Under the pieces are notes generated by a model that was not told the origin of the DNA, ran no database searches, and saw only the letters and a list, made by a program, of their open reading frames with translations. A stretch of 64,000 bases of DNA from assembly GCA_963845755.1 (NCBI GenBank), contig CAWJTV010000040.1, forward strand, positions 74,875 through 138,874, given 5' to 3'. A program made the translations under genes and the position numbers. The DNA is from an uncultured Planctomycetota bacterium. Lineage in GTDB: Bacteria > Planctomycetota > Planctomycetia > Isosphaerales > Isosphaeraceae. Every line of letters begins with the position of its first letter. Positions within the stretch are counted from its first letter, which is position 1. This document shows positions 1 to 10,705 of this stretch, in pieces.

Positions 1-940
1 ACCTTGTCGCGTTGGTAGTCGAAGTAAGCACAGCGGTTGACGTGGTCGAAGTCCTGGAGTGCGAACTTGGGACGGCACCACTGGTGGCAACGTGACGGGG
101 CGACATCGTCCGCCCACACAACGGCCGGAGAAGACGAGGTAGATGTCGCCTCTGCACCCCGGATTCGTCCGGCGTCGGCGAGAGCCTTGACGAACTCCGT
201 CACCTGCTTCAGGGCGGTACAGTCCTCGGCGTTGTAGATATGGAGCTTCTCCTTCCAGACTGCTTTCCGACTTTCCTGCCAGCGCGCCCGCCACACCAGG
301 CTCTGCAAGCCTGAGGCATCTTCGTCCGACCATGTGCAGCCCAGGTATCGGCCCACGTCCTTGAGTCCGTTGGAGAAGGCGGGAAAGTACACATTGGAGT
401 GGATGGCGGACAGGACGTTCACGGCGTTGGCGAGCAGGCGGTCCACGAGCTTCGTCCGCTTCACGACCTTCCTCATCCGTTGCAGCAATCTCCTCTCGTA
501 GTTGCCGTAATGAAACAAGACAAAGTCCTCGCGGCCGTCCAGCAGGTCCAGGAAACCGTCGAATACCTCCACCTCCTGGTCCGGGCCATCCGCCCAGAAG
601 GAGTGCATCTTCTGGCCGGCGCCCTCGACCACGAGGACGCCCAACAAGTAGGCGAAACGACCATCCTCGACGCCCTCGGCGTCGAAGAACACCTGCACCT
701 GCTTGTATGGGATGTCGGGCGTGCCATAGACGTGGACCTTCTTCTCGCGGATGGCCAGTGCCTGCAAGGCAGCGTAGTGGGGATAGCTTGTTCGCTTGAC
801 TCGCTTGCCTCTTTTCCGGGGGCGGAAGGTGCAGGATAGCTGCATCAGGGTGAAGATCTGGCCTGCTCCCCATTTCTTGGTCCAGTGATAATGGGAATCA
901 CCTGTTCGTTGATTCAGTAGACGAGGGATCGGGCGGGTCT

Positions 941-1796
941 TCATCGATAGGCACATACCTCACACAAGTGGCCGCGAATTCGGCCGGTGTCTGATATCCC
1001 AGGGAACTGTGCGGGCGTTCGGTATTGTACTCCTCCATCCAGAGCGCCCAACGCCCTGGCCTGCGGTTCGCTCTCGAATTCCTCGCGGTTCAGGAACTCG
1101 TCACGGACCTTGCTATGAAACGACTCCGCATAACCGTTCTGCCAGGGGCTCCCCGGCGCCACGGGCCAGGTCCCGGAGCCGGTGTCCTCCAGCCACGACC
1201 GCACCACCTCGGCAACGAACTCCGGCCCGTTGTCGCTTCGCATCCGGCACGGCGGGCCGCCGCGACCGGCCGCGACTTCGGCCAGGATGACCCGGATGTC
1301 CTCGGCCGTCATACCCCGGCGCGGCTCCAAGGCCAAGCATTCTCGAGTATATTCATCAACAATACTCAGCCATTTGAGACTTCGACCGTCACTGGTACGG
1401 TCGAAGATAAAGTCCCATGTCCATACGTCGTTTTTCCCGCGCGGGCCGGAGGTGGCAGGCATTCTCGTCCTGCCCATGAGCCCGGCGCGGCTTGGGATTG
1501 GCCCGCGGTTGGGCCACTTTCAGCCCCAGCTCGCGATAGAGTCGACGCACGGCCTTCTTGTTGACCGTCCAGCCCTCGCGATCCAGCAAGGCCCAGATCC
1601 GCCGGTAGCCGAACCGCGGTCGGGCCCCGGCCAGTTCCTCGATGCGTCGAGCCAGCGCCACCTGCTCATCGCGAACGACCGGCGCGTAGCGAAGGCCGGA
1701 CCGGGCCAGGTCCAGCGCCCGCGACGCGCGGCGTTGAGATACGTGGAATTCTTCACATAATTCTTTGACGATCATGCGGCGTCTGGGGGCAGTCAT
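941..1796 (-). CDS. IS3 OrfB DDE integrase core (additional frameshifts)
   Basis: PRFGYRRI, WTWDF...DEYTREC, RSDNGPEF, PWQNGYAESF motifs across two frames. Confidence 0.9.
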
Positions 1797-2068
1797 GGCT
1801 TTTTTTTCAAGGCCTCCTGGAGCATGCGGCGGTCCAGCGCCAGCTCGGCGACCAGGAGCTTGAGGCGATCGATTTCGGCTTCGAGTTCTGAAATGTGAAA
1901 TTGTTCACGCGATATAGGTTCCTCCTGGAGAGCCTTCCAGCGGTAGTAGGTCGTCGGTCCGATGCCGGCCTTGCGGCAGGCCTGGTGGAGGGTCAAGCCG
2001 GCGTCGAGGTCGGCTTGGAAGTCTCGAAGGATGGATGCAATCTGGTCCGGACTCGGTCGTTTTCGCAT
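1793..2068 (-). CDS. IS3 OrfA (HTH)
   Basis: ACRKAGIGPTTYYRWK HTH plus leucine zipper; ends in an A8G slippery run (1800-1807). Confidence 0.9.
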   Translation of the reverse strand: MRKRPSPDQIASILRDFQADLDAGLTLHQACRKAGIGPTTYYRWKALQEEPISREQFHISELEAEIDRLKLLVAELALDRRMLQEALKKKP

Positions 2069-3244
2069 GGGTCGCTCCCTGGCTCTGTGCCAGTTGTACG
2101 ATCCCCATTAAGACTGGACCAGGTTTTGGGGGGCAGGCCAATCCCTTTGCGGTTGTACCTCTTCAACTCCTTCTCGCCCACGCCCGCGAGCAGGCTGATG
2201 TCGTCCGCCTTCTCCGCCTGCGTGCGGCATCGTTGCCGGAACTCGCAGAGGTGACAATGCTTGTTGAGCGTCAGTTTCGGTAGCTCGCCGCCTGCCCGGA
2301 GTTGCTTGACCTCGTCCAACACCTGCTCCGCCTGCCGGTAGAGCTTCGCGTCCAGGCAGACCTTGCCCAGGCGGCCATCGAGGCCACGGGTGACCAGCCC
2401 CACGACGGGCCGCACCCCCTGCACGCGGGCGAGGATCAGTCCAAGCACGGCAAGCAGCAGTTTCCGGGGCTGGCCGATCTTGTCCCCATGGTTGTGCAGG
2501 ACAGGCAGGTAGTGGTGTTCGCCTAGCTTCGAGATCCCGTCCGCCCGTTTGAGGGCGTCGAGGCGGATCGACATGCCGTCGTCCTCAAGTGTGGCGTCCG
2601 CCAGCACCGGTGCTCCCTGCTGCAACGTTGCGGCCGTGATGGCGTTCCCTCGGTAGGCGTTGCCCCGCCCAAAGCGGGTGACGAGCTGAGCGAGGGACAC
2701 TTCCCGCGACGCTTGGCTGGCCGCCTCGGTCATTAGCTCGTAGTCCGACCTGATGCCGGTCTCACCGACGAGCTTCAGGTGCCCCCTGGTCTTGCAGTTC
2801 ACATACCCTTCCATGATCTCGTTGGTGATCTTCATGGCTGCGTCCCTCCACGGATGCTCCTCTCCGGCAGGGCGTGACGACGCCCGTCGCCTTCGATCGT
2901 GCTGGAGATTGCCTGTTGGCCTGAAAGATGGCAGCTTCCGGGTGCCGCTGTTTCGTCGGCCGGGCGAATGGATAGTCATTATAGGCCGAGGGCCACCCCC
3001 TGACGATGCGGTGGTTGGCGATGGGCGGACCATGGTTCGTGGCTGGCCAACGACGGAGTCGAGGGTCGGCCTTCCGCAGGATCGCCTCGGGTTATGTGGC
3101 GTTCGAGGTTGATGTTGCCCGTGTGAGAGGCGGGGGAGAGGTCGGGCGCAACATAATGAACTCCACAACATAATTGTAATAATATGGTCAGCCACATTAC
3201 TACAAGGTCATGACGGGCTCGGATCGCATGCCGGTGCTGATCGA

Positions 3245-3768
3245 TCAGCGGATTTGAGGCGACAGCCGCCGGTCAGCCTGCATCCGGGCCGACGTGCGTA
3301 ATGAGGGCGCGTCGAAGAGGGCCATCTCCTCGGGCGTCGGAGCCTGGAAGATGTCGGACCATCGGGACAGCGCATCGTCTTCGATCGGCGGATTCTCCAT
3401 GCCCCGGCGTTGAATCCGGTCGAAGAGGAGGTCCAGGGGCGCGGAGAGATAATGCAACTCTACGGAGGCGCCGAGCGCCCGTGCCCCGAGTCGCAAGGCA
3501 TCGCGCTCAGCCCTTCCCCATGTGCCCCATTCGATGATCACAGTGAGACCGAGGGTAAGAAGCCGCTGGCCGAATCCCCATTGCAGCGCCTCGATCTTCG
3601 CGCGACGCTCTTCGTCATAGAGGTCGAGCGACAGCGCCTCCAACCAATCGTCGGGGGAGAGCCGGACCGCGGCAGGCTGCCTTCCAGCGCCTTCGCCAGC
3701 GTGGTCTTTCCCGAACCCGGCAAGCCGCAAACGATGATCAGTCTCGGCCCGGCGGCGTTACTTTCCAT
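3245..3768 (-). CDS. AAA_33-type predicted P-loop kinase (one frameshift)
   Basis: IIVCGLPGSGKTT Walker A in one frame, then RLSPDDW...IIEWGTWGRAER in the next. Confidence 0.8.
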
Positions 3769-3780
3769 GCGCGTGCGGCG

Positions 3781-4092
3781 TCAATTGCCCTCTGCCGCCT
3801 CCGCGAACTCGTCGTGCCGGCGGAACAGGAAGGCGACGCGTTCGCCGCGCCGTTCGAGCTCGTAGGGATAGAGCGTGTCGAACGGTCCGTCCTTATCGAG
3901 GCGGCCGCGCATGACGTGATTCCATTCGACGAGCGTGGGCATCATCGCGAAGAGCCGATCCTCCTCCTGTCCCGGCATCCGGACGAGGTGGCAGAACCGC
4001 TTGATCTCGTCGATCTTCAGCACCAGGCCGTCATGCGGACCGCGGTAGAATTCGGCGCGTGTGCCCGGCATGGGCATTCCTTTCGCATGCAA
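3781..4092 (-). CDS. hypothetical protein
   Basis: 103-aa ORF with protein-like composition, co-oriented and adjacent to the kinase. Confidence 0.55.
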   Translation of the reverse strand: MHAKGMPMPGTRAEFYRGPHDGLVLKIDEIKRFCHLVRMPGQEEDRLFAMMPTLVEWNHVMRGRLDKDGPFDTLYPYELERRGERVAFLFRRHDEFAEAAEGN

Positions 4093-4187
4093 GGATGGAT
4101 CTGATCCGTAGCCTGGGTGCCTCCTATGCTATTTTACCATCCCGGCACCATCTGGCCAGCCGAACAGATATGGGTTAAGATTGCTGC

Positions 4188-4813
4188 ATGCGTTGCTTCC
4201 TGGCCGTCTTCCTGGTCGCGCTCTCCATACCCGCCTTTGGGATGACGCCGCGCGCGTCGTCGGCATCTCCGACGGCGACACGATCACGGTCCTCACCGCG
4301 GCGAAGAAGCAGGTCAAGGTCCGGCTCTGGGGGATCGACGCGCCGGAGACCGGGCAGGACTTCGGCAGCCGCGCCAAGCAGGGTGCCGCCAGCCTCGCGT
4401 TCGGCAAGCAGGTCACCATCCGCGTCCGCGATACCGACGGCTACGGTCGCACCGTGGCCGAGGTGATCCTGCCGGACGGCCGCTCGATGAACCGCGAGAT
4501 GGTCGGGCAAGGGATGGCCTGCTGGTACAAGCAATACGCCCCGCGCGACGCCGATCTTGCCCGGCTCGAGGCCGAGGCGAAGGCAGCGAGGATCGGGCTA
4601 TGGAGCCAGCCGAATCCCGTCCCGCCATGGTACTGGTGGCATGGCGAGGGCGTTCCTGAGACGGCGGACGTTAAGGGGAACCGACGAAGCCGTGTCTCTC
4701 ACAAGCCGAGCTGCCGGGCCGCAGCGGTAAGGAGCGAGAAGAATAGGGTGACCTTCGCCAGCGAGGCGGACGCGGAGAAGGCCGGGTATCGGAAGGCAGG
4801 GGATTGTCGGTAG
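4188..4813 (+). CDS. secreted thermonuclease (SNase) with C-terminal Ada-like metal-binding tail (frameshift near start)
   Basis: Signal peptide MRCFLAVFLVALSIPAFG; DGDT, VRLWGIDAPE, DGYGRTVA and AKAARIGLW motifs; tail HKPSC...AEKAGYRKAGDC. Confidence 0.9.
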
Positions 4814-4837
4814 GACGCGCGATCCCTGAAATTGAAT

Positions 4838-4912
4838 TGGCGCAGGGGATGGGATTCGAACCCATGTCTCCGGGGTTCTAGCCCGGTGAGTTGACCGCTA
4901 CTCTACCCCTGC
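4838..4912 (-). tRNA. atypical 75-nt tRNA, anticodon AGA, short variable loop, encoded CCA
   Basis: Folds as GCAGGGG TA GAGT AGCGGTCA ACTC A CCGGG CTAGAAC CCCGG AGAC ATGGG TTCGAAT CCCAT CCCCTGC G CCA, with all four stems fully paired. Confidence 0.85.
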
Positions 4913-4943
4913 GCCACCATCGTACGGCAGTTACGAACAGCGG

Positions 4944-5051
4944 TCACGGCTTCTTGGGCGAAGTGGCAGACTTCACCGGAACGGCCTTCGGAGCCGCAGC
5001 CTTCTTGGGCTTCTTCTTTTCCTTGGTCTGCGAATGGTTGCCTTTGCCCAT
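4944..5051 (-). CDS. 35-aa lysine-rich basic peptide (below the ORF-track cutoff)
   Basis: ATG...TGA reading MGKGNHSQTKEKKKPKKAAAPKAVPVKSATSPKKP; stop lies about 30 nt upstream of the tRNA. Confidence 0.6.
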   Translation of the reverse strand: MGKGNHSQTKEKKKPKKAAAPKAVPVKSATSPKKP

Positions 5052-5185
5052 CGTCGTCGCCTTGATTTGGGGACTAGGTGGATATCACAAGAGTGTCCGT
5101 CCGGTGAAGTGCATCTACAAAGCGGCGTGACTCCCCGCGATGATAGTGCTGTCGGGGCCAGTGGTCCCGTCAGGGAGATCACGCC

Positions 5186-5551
5186 GTGTCTCGAAGCCGA
5201 ACCATCGATCTACGATGGAATGCCCTCCTCAACGATTTCCGCAGGAGCGGTCTGACTCAAGCCGAGTTCTGCCGCCTTCGCCAAATCTCGCTTCACTCCT
5301 TCCGAAAGCATCTCTACCAGCCCGCCCCGGCCGATCGCACTCCCAGCGACGATCGTCCTTTCGCCAGTGCCGACCGCCATTTCCTCCCGGTCACTATCCT
5401 TCCCGATCCCATCCCGCCGAGCGCCGCCTCGGGACCCCACCTCGAACTCATCCTCTCCAACGGACGTCGGATCGCCGTCGCCCCCGGATTCGACCCCCTG
5501 ACCCTCCGCCATCTCATCGCGGTCGTGGAGGGACGCCCATGTTCGGACTGA
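5186..5551 (+). CDS. tnpA: IS66 accessory protein TnpA
   Basis: FRRSGLTQAEFCRLRQIS HTH; LELILSNGRRIAV...LRHLIAVV C-terminus. Confidence 0.85.
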   Translation: MSRSRTIDLRWNALLNDFRRSGLTQAEFCRLRQISLHSFRKHLYQPAPADRTPSDDRPFASADRHFLPVTILPDPIPPSAASGPHLELILSNGRRIAVAPGFDPLTLRHLIAVVEGRPCSD

Positions 5552-5873
5552 GCGCCGCGGTCCGCGTCTATCTCGCCAAACAGCCGGCCGACATGCGCAA
5601 GAGCTTTGACGGCCTGGCCGCCCTGGCATCAGGCAGCCTGGCGCTAGATCCCCTCTCCGGTCATCTCTTCGTCTTCGTCAACAAGCGCCGCGACCGCATC
5701 AAGATCCTGTACTGGGATCGCGATGGCCTGGCCGTCTGGGCCAAGAAGTACGAGTAAGACTGCCCCCATCCTCTCGACTTTACAGGAATCGTCGGACACC
5801 CCCATAATCGCGCTGGCCGGCCTGATGCGGCTGGCGGAATGGATCGAAGCTCAACACCCCGTGATCCAAGGAG

Positions 5874-6071
5874 GTGCCCCATGTCGCGAGACGCCGGACT
5901 CGTTGCTCCCCCCCGCGCACGTCGGTCGTTCGGCCGTCGGTGCTGGACCAACTCTGGAGCCGACTGACGGACGAGCAGCGTCAACGAACGCTGCTCACCC
6001 TCAGCGACATCGTGACTCGACAACTCGGCGCGCCTCGCACCGCTCAGGAGGTGCGCGATGAAATCTCGTGA
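5874..6071 (+). CDS. small accessory ORF of the recombinase element
   Basis: 65 aa (LWSRLTDEQRQRTLLTL), overlapping the recombinase start; function unknown. Confidence 0.5.
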   Translation: MPHVARRRTRCSPPRTSVVRPSVLDQLWSRLTDEQRQRTLLTLSDIVTRQLGAPRTAQEVRDEIS

Positions 6072-8238
6072 TGCACGGGCCGTCAATCGCACGGACAGAT
6101 CAATCGACGAGACTCCATCGACCTCCACCTTCGGCCAGAGGTCGAGCTCGAAGATTGGCGATCGGCATCTCGATCGACTCGCGATCGTGTACGTGCGGCA
6201 GTTGACGCCGCAGCAAGTCCTCGAGAACCGCGAGTCTCGCGAACGGCAGTATGCTCTGGCGCAGTTCGCGCAACGGCTCGGTTGGCCCGCAGAGCGGGTG
6301 GTGATCATCGACGAGGATCAGGGCCACGGCGGCAAGTTGACCGACCATCGCACGGGCTTCCAGCGGTTGATGACGGAAGTGAGCTTGAACCACGTGGGGA
6401 TCGTGCTGGGGTTGGAGCTTAGCAGGGTGTCGCGGTCGAATACCGAATGGCATCGTCTTATCGACGTCTGCGGCATCTTTCGCACCCTGCTATGCGATCA
6501 AGATGGCGTCTACGATGCCTTGGACAGTAACGATCGTCTCCTCCTTGGCATGAAAATCGCAATGAGCGAATACGAATTGATTACTATGTACAATCGTTTG
6601 CTTCGAGGCAGTCGGAACAAAGCGGAGCGCGGCGAGCTGTTCCTGGCCGTTCCGCTGGGATACCTCAAGACGGCCACGGGCGAGATCATTCAAGAGCCTG
6701 ACGAGCAGCGCGTGGAATGATTCAGTTGGTGTTCGAGAAGTTCGAGGAACTCGGTTCCGCCTACGCGGTCTTCCGTTACCTGGTCGTGAACAACCTGCAA
6801 CTGGGATTTCGCCGTCATCGCGGTGGGCGCATTGGGGAGCTGGAGTGGAAGCCAGCCTCTCCCAGTCGAGTCCTGTCGATCTTGCGACACCCCATCTATG
6901 CGGGGGCATACGCTTATGGCCTACATTGCGCGGGGACGAAGAATCCCACGACGGGTCGAGCCGAAGGCGGCAAGTGGTTCGTGCCGCCCGAGGAGTTGGC
7001 CGTGTTCCTGCCGGATCGGCTCCCAGCGTACATTAGCTGGGATCGCTATCTCGCGAATCAGGAACGCCTCAAACAGAATCGATCGCTCCACGACACGCGG
7101 GGCGTGCCCAAACGCGGCGAGGCCTTGCTGCCCGGCCTGGTCGTCTGTGGGAAATGCGGCCGCCACATGACGACGCGATACAAGGCCGACAAGAAGCCCG
7201 GCTATCACTGCGGCGAGTATTGGCGGCTGGCCCTGGACGAGCCGTGCGGGTGCATCTCGGCAAAGACGCTGGACGACCTGGTCGCGAAGGAAGTGCTCCG
7301 CGCGTTGGAGCCCGCTGCGCTGGACCTGAGCCTACGCGCGATCGAGAACGCCGAGCGAGAGCGCAAGCGCCTCCACGACCATTGGCGTCAGACTCTGGAA
7401 CGTGCACGCCAGGAGGTCGAGAGGGCCGAGCGGCAGTATCAGGCCGTGGAGCCCGAGAACCGACTCGTGGCGCGGACACTCGAGCGCGGTGGGAGGACTG
7501 CGCTGAAGAAGCAGCGTCAAACGGAGGAGGATTACCATCGGTTCCTGACGAGACTGCCGGCGACGCTGAACGACGCCGATCGCCAACGGATTCGATCGCT
7601 CTCCGAGAGCGTCGCCGCGCTCTGGCACGCACCAGGCACGTCGGCGATGGATCGCAAGCAGATCGGTGCGCTGCGCGGTGGAGCGGGTCATTGTCGTGGC
7701 CGACAAGGCGACTGAGCTCAACGAGGTAACGATCGTTTGGCTCGGCGGCATGACAACCCAACAGCAGGTCGCGAGGCCAGTCGGCAGGTATGAGCAATTG
7801 AAGGATTTTCGACGCCTCACGGAACGAATCAAGCAACTCCATCGAGAAGGACTTCACCTGTCGCAGATCGCCGCGCGGCTCAATGCCGAGGGCTTCGTCC
7901 CGCCGCGCCGTCGCGGCGTGTTCACGGCGGGAACGATCGGGGCGTTGGTCCGTGAACTTGGGCTGGTCGGAGAACTGTTCCGCGACGACCTCGTCGGCCA
8001 GGACGAGTGGTGGATCCCCGACTTGGCCGGGAAACTCGGCGTCATCGCCCAGAAGGTCCATTATTGGATCAAGCAGGGTTGGGTCCATTCGCGGCGTACG
8101 CCTTCGGGAAAGCATCTGATCGTGTGGGCCGACAAGGACGAGGTTCGTCGCCTGCGACAACTGGCCAGACGAAAGAACTCCTGGATCGCCGCCCGGCACC
8201 CTGAGTTGGTCGTTCCCAAGGACCGTCCCGACCGGTAG
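6058..8238 (+). CDS. large serine recombinase (resolvase + recombinase + Zn-ribbon + coiled coil), frameshifted; catalytic Ser reads as Leu
   Basis: KIGDRHLDRLAIVYVRQ(L)T, LELSRVSRS, ILRHPIYAGAY, LLPGLVVCGKCG, VEPENRLVARTLE motifs. Confidence 0.9.
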
Positions 8239-8554
8239 CAAGAGAGGCCGCCGATTTGTGGCGGCAGTAGCCCAACGTCTCAGGATTTGTGTAACGCCAC
8301 AAGAACGAGGGTCCTGTGATGCCAGCATCAAGAGGCTCGAACGCGGCACCTTCCGCATCCCGGACGCGGCGGCCGATCGCGTCGAGATGACCACCGCCGA
8401 ACTCGCCGCCCTCCTGGCCGGCATCGATCTGGACAAGGCCCGACGGCGCGTCCGCTACTCGCGGCCCGCCACTCCCCTTCGAAATTCGGAGAATAATCTA
8501 CCGACAGGAGCATAATGCGCCAACAATCGAGCACCCGTCAACGTAGTATAGGGT

Positions 8555-10131
8555 ATGATCACCCTCGCGGACCCACTCCCGGACGACCTGGAGGCGGCCC
8601 ATCAGCTCATCCGTGAGCTGCTCAAGTCGCTCGCCCAGCAGGTCCATCTCAACGAGAAGCTCCAGCACCAGCTCGAGCAGCTCCTCCGCCAGCGCGTACG
8701 GTCCCAAAGGGGAGCGGATCGACCCGGCCCAGCTCTTGCTCTTCGCCCGGGAGATCCTGGAGCAGGCCGAGGCGGCGCCGACACCCGCCCCGACCCCGGA
8801 GCCGGCCCCGGCCCCGACGCCCGCTCCGAGTGCGGCCCAGAAGAAGGGCCACGGACGCAAGCCGTTGCCGGCGAGCCTGCCCCGAGTGCCGGTCTTGCAC
8901 GACGTCCCGCCCGAACAACGCACTTGCCCCGACTGCGGCGCCGAGCGCACCTGCATCGGCCGGGAAGTCCGCGAGCAACTCGAATTCATCCCCGCCCGCC
9001 TGGTCATCCTCGAACCCATCCGCCCCAAGTACGCTTGCCAGGACTGCCAGGCCAACGTCGTGATCGCCGACGTGCTCCCCGAGCCGATCGACAAGGGCCT
9101 GCCAGGCCCGGGGCTGCTGGCTTACGTCGCCGTCAGCAAATATGCCGATCACTTGCCGCTCTATCGCCTCGAGGGAATCCTCGATCGCTCGGGCGTCGAG
9201 TTGTCGCGGTTGACGATGTGCGACTGGATGGCCACGATCGCCGATCTGCTCAAGCCGATCGTCGATCTGATGCTGAAGAAGATCCTCAGCTCCAGGGTCG
9301 TCCAGAACGACGACACGACGGTGCCGGTGCAGGACCACGACGGCAAGGGGATCAAGACCGGCCGGCTCTGGGTCTCCGTCGGCGACCGCGGCCATCCTTA
9401 CGTGGTCTATCGCTACACGCCGGACCGCAGCGCCACCGGGCCCCGGGAGATCTTCAAGGACTTCCAGGGTTATCTCCAGGCCGACGCCTATTCGGCCTAC
9501 GACGGCCTGTACAAGTCGGGCGAGATTATCGAGGTCGGCTGCATGATGCACGCGCGACGGAAGTTCTACGAGGCGCGGACCGTTCGACCCGCAACGGTCC
9601 CATCAGGCGCTGGCATGGATCAGCCTGCTCTACGACGTCGAACGCGACGCCAAGAAGCGCGAGACCGCGGACTACGAGGCCTTCGTCGCGTTCCGGCACG
9701 AACTGCGAAACGAGCGATCGCGTTCGATCTTCGACAAGTTTCACGCCTGGCTGGAAGCCGAGCAGCCCAAGGTTCTGCCCAAGAGTCCGATCGGCGAAGC
9801 GATCCAGTATGCCTTGAACCATTGGGAGGCCCTGAAGCGTCCGTTGGAGGCCGGGTTCCTCGAACTGGACAACGGTGCGTGCGCGTGCGCGTTCAAGCCC
9901 GTGGCGCTGGGACGGAAGAACTGGTTATTCGCGGGGAGCGACCAGGGAGGCCAGACGGCGGCCGTGTTGATGAGCTTGTGCACGACCTGCAAGAATCTGG
10001 GGATCGACCCCCAGGCTTACCTCCGCGATGGGCTCGATCGGATCAGCACGCACCCGGCGAAGCGGATCGACGAACTGCTGCCGGACCGCTGGCAGGAGTT
10101 GCACCAGGCCGGCGCCGACGGGACTGAGTGA
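8555..10131 (+). CDS. tnpC: IS66 TnpC DDE transposase (frameshifted)
   Basis: CPDCG...KYACQDC Zn finger, SKYADHLPLYR, NDDT, LQADAYSAY, LDNG...LGRKNWLFAGS, IDELLP. Confidence 0.95.
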
Positions 10132-10344
10132 CCGCACCCGAGCCCCGCGCTCCTCGTCACCCCGGACGAGCGCGGGGCGATTGCGCGCGCCCCTCAAGGT
10201 TTGTCCCGCCCCAAGTTCGTCTCGGCCCGGCGCGAGCGCGGGATGATCGCGTGCGCCGAGCACAGTGAAAGAATCAAGACGGTGCCCCGAACATCATCTC
10301 ACGCCCGTGAACCGCTTTGAAGATGTGGTTCACCGGACGCACTC

Positions 10345-10656
10345 CAGCAAGGGGCCCAGTTCCGCAGCCTGACCGACGGAATCGACACCACGACCCCGGC
10401 GGGTCGGTTCTTCTTCCACGTGATGGCGTCGCTGGCCCAGATGGAACGGGAGCTGATGACCGAACGCACCCGGGCCGGGCTGGACGCGGCACGCCGGCGG
10501 GGGCGGGTCGGCGGCCGCAAGCGAAGGATGACACCAGGGAAGGTCGAGTCGGCCCGCAAGCTCTTAAAGGGAGGGATGGCGCCTTGGGACGTGGCCCAGA
10601 ATCTCGGTGTCTCGATCCCGACGCTTTATCGATGGGTCCCCGCCACAACTCGTTGA
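10345..10656 (+). pseudogene. 5'-truncated serine resolvase/invertase
   Basis: FRSLTDGIDTTTPAGRFFFHVMASLAQMERE...GRVGGRK...VSIPTLYRW begins at the IS66 right end; the N-terminal catalytic part is absent. Confidence 0.85.
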
Positions 10657-10705
10657 GCGTCGTCCAGGCACTCGATTCTCGTGGTCCGTTCGTTCCCGAG
10701 CGATC

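Larger units (their letters stand above)
859..2140 (-). mobile_element. IS3-family insertion sequence (1282 bp)
   Basis: TG...CA ends. Imperfect IRs TGGCCTGCTCCCCATTTCTTGGTCCAGT / TGGCCTGCCCCCCAAAACCTGGTCCAGT. 3-bp target duplication ATC (856-858, 2141-2143). Confidence 0.95.
1..2835 (-). pseudogene. TM0106-family RecB-like nuclease, split by IS3; continues beyond the window start
   Basis: N-half MKITNEIMEGYVNCKTRGHL...HCHLCEFRQRC...KRYNRKGI (2835-2141) rejoins in frame with FTLMQLSCTFRPRKR...FFDAEG...FHYGNYE...YNAEDCTAL (858-1) after removing the IS and one ATC. One further frameshift near 720. Confidence 0.8.
5747..8333 (+). mobile_element. minimal integrative element: small ORF plus large serine recombinase
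   Basis: Bounded by the shared core CAAGA (5742-5746 and 8329-8333); excision restores tnpB ...TGG GCC AAG AGG CTC GAA. Confidence 0.85.
5539..8515 (+). pseudogene. tnpB: IS66 TnpB (Orf2) split by the recombinase element
   Basis: DMRKSFDGLA...KILYWDRDGLAVWAK (to 5746) continues as RLERGTF...LAALLAGIDL (from 8334). Confidence 0.9.
5093..10344 (+). mobile_element. IS66-family element (tnpA-tnpB-tnpC) carrying a nested recombinase element
   Basis: IRs GTCCGTCCGGTGAAGTGCATCTACAAAGCGG / GTGCGTCCGGTGAACCACATCTTCAAAGCGG. About 2.67 kb once the nested insert is removed. No matching 8-bp target duplication. Confidence 0.85.

Noticed and set aside
3148..3192. AT-rich CAACATAAT repeats resembling a sixth dif-like site
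   Set aside because: Only the TTATGTT arm matches; the other arm lacks the ATAA core. It may simply be a promoter region.
4875..4881. Reading the tRNA loop CTAGAAC as a CTA amber-suppressor anticodon
   Set aside because: The 5-bp stem fixes a 7-nt loop with C32-U33, which puts AGA, not CTA, at positions 34-36.
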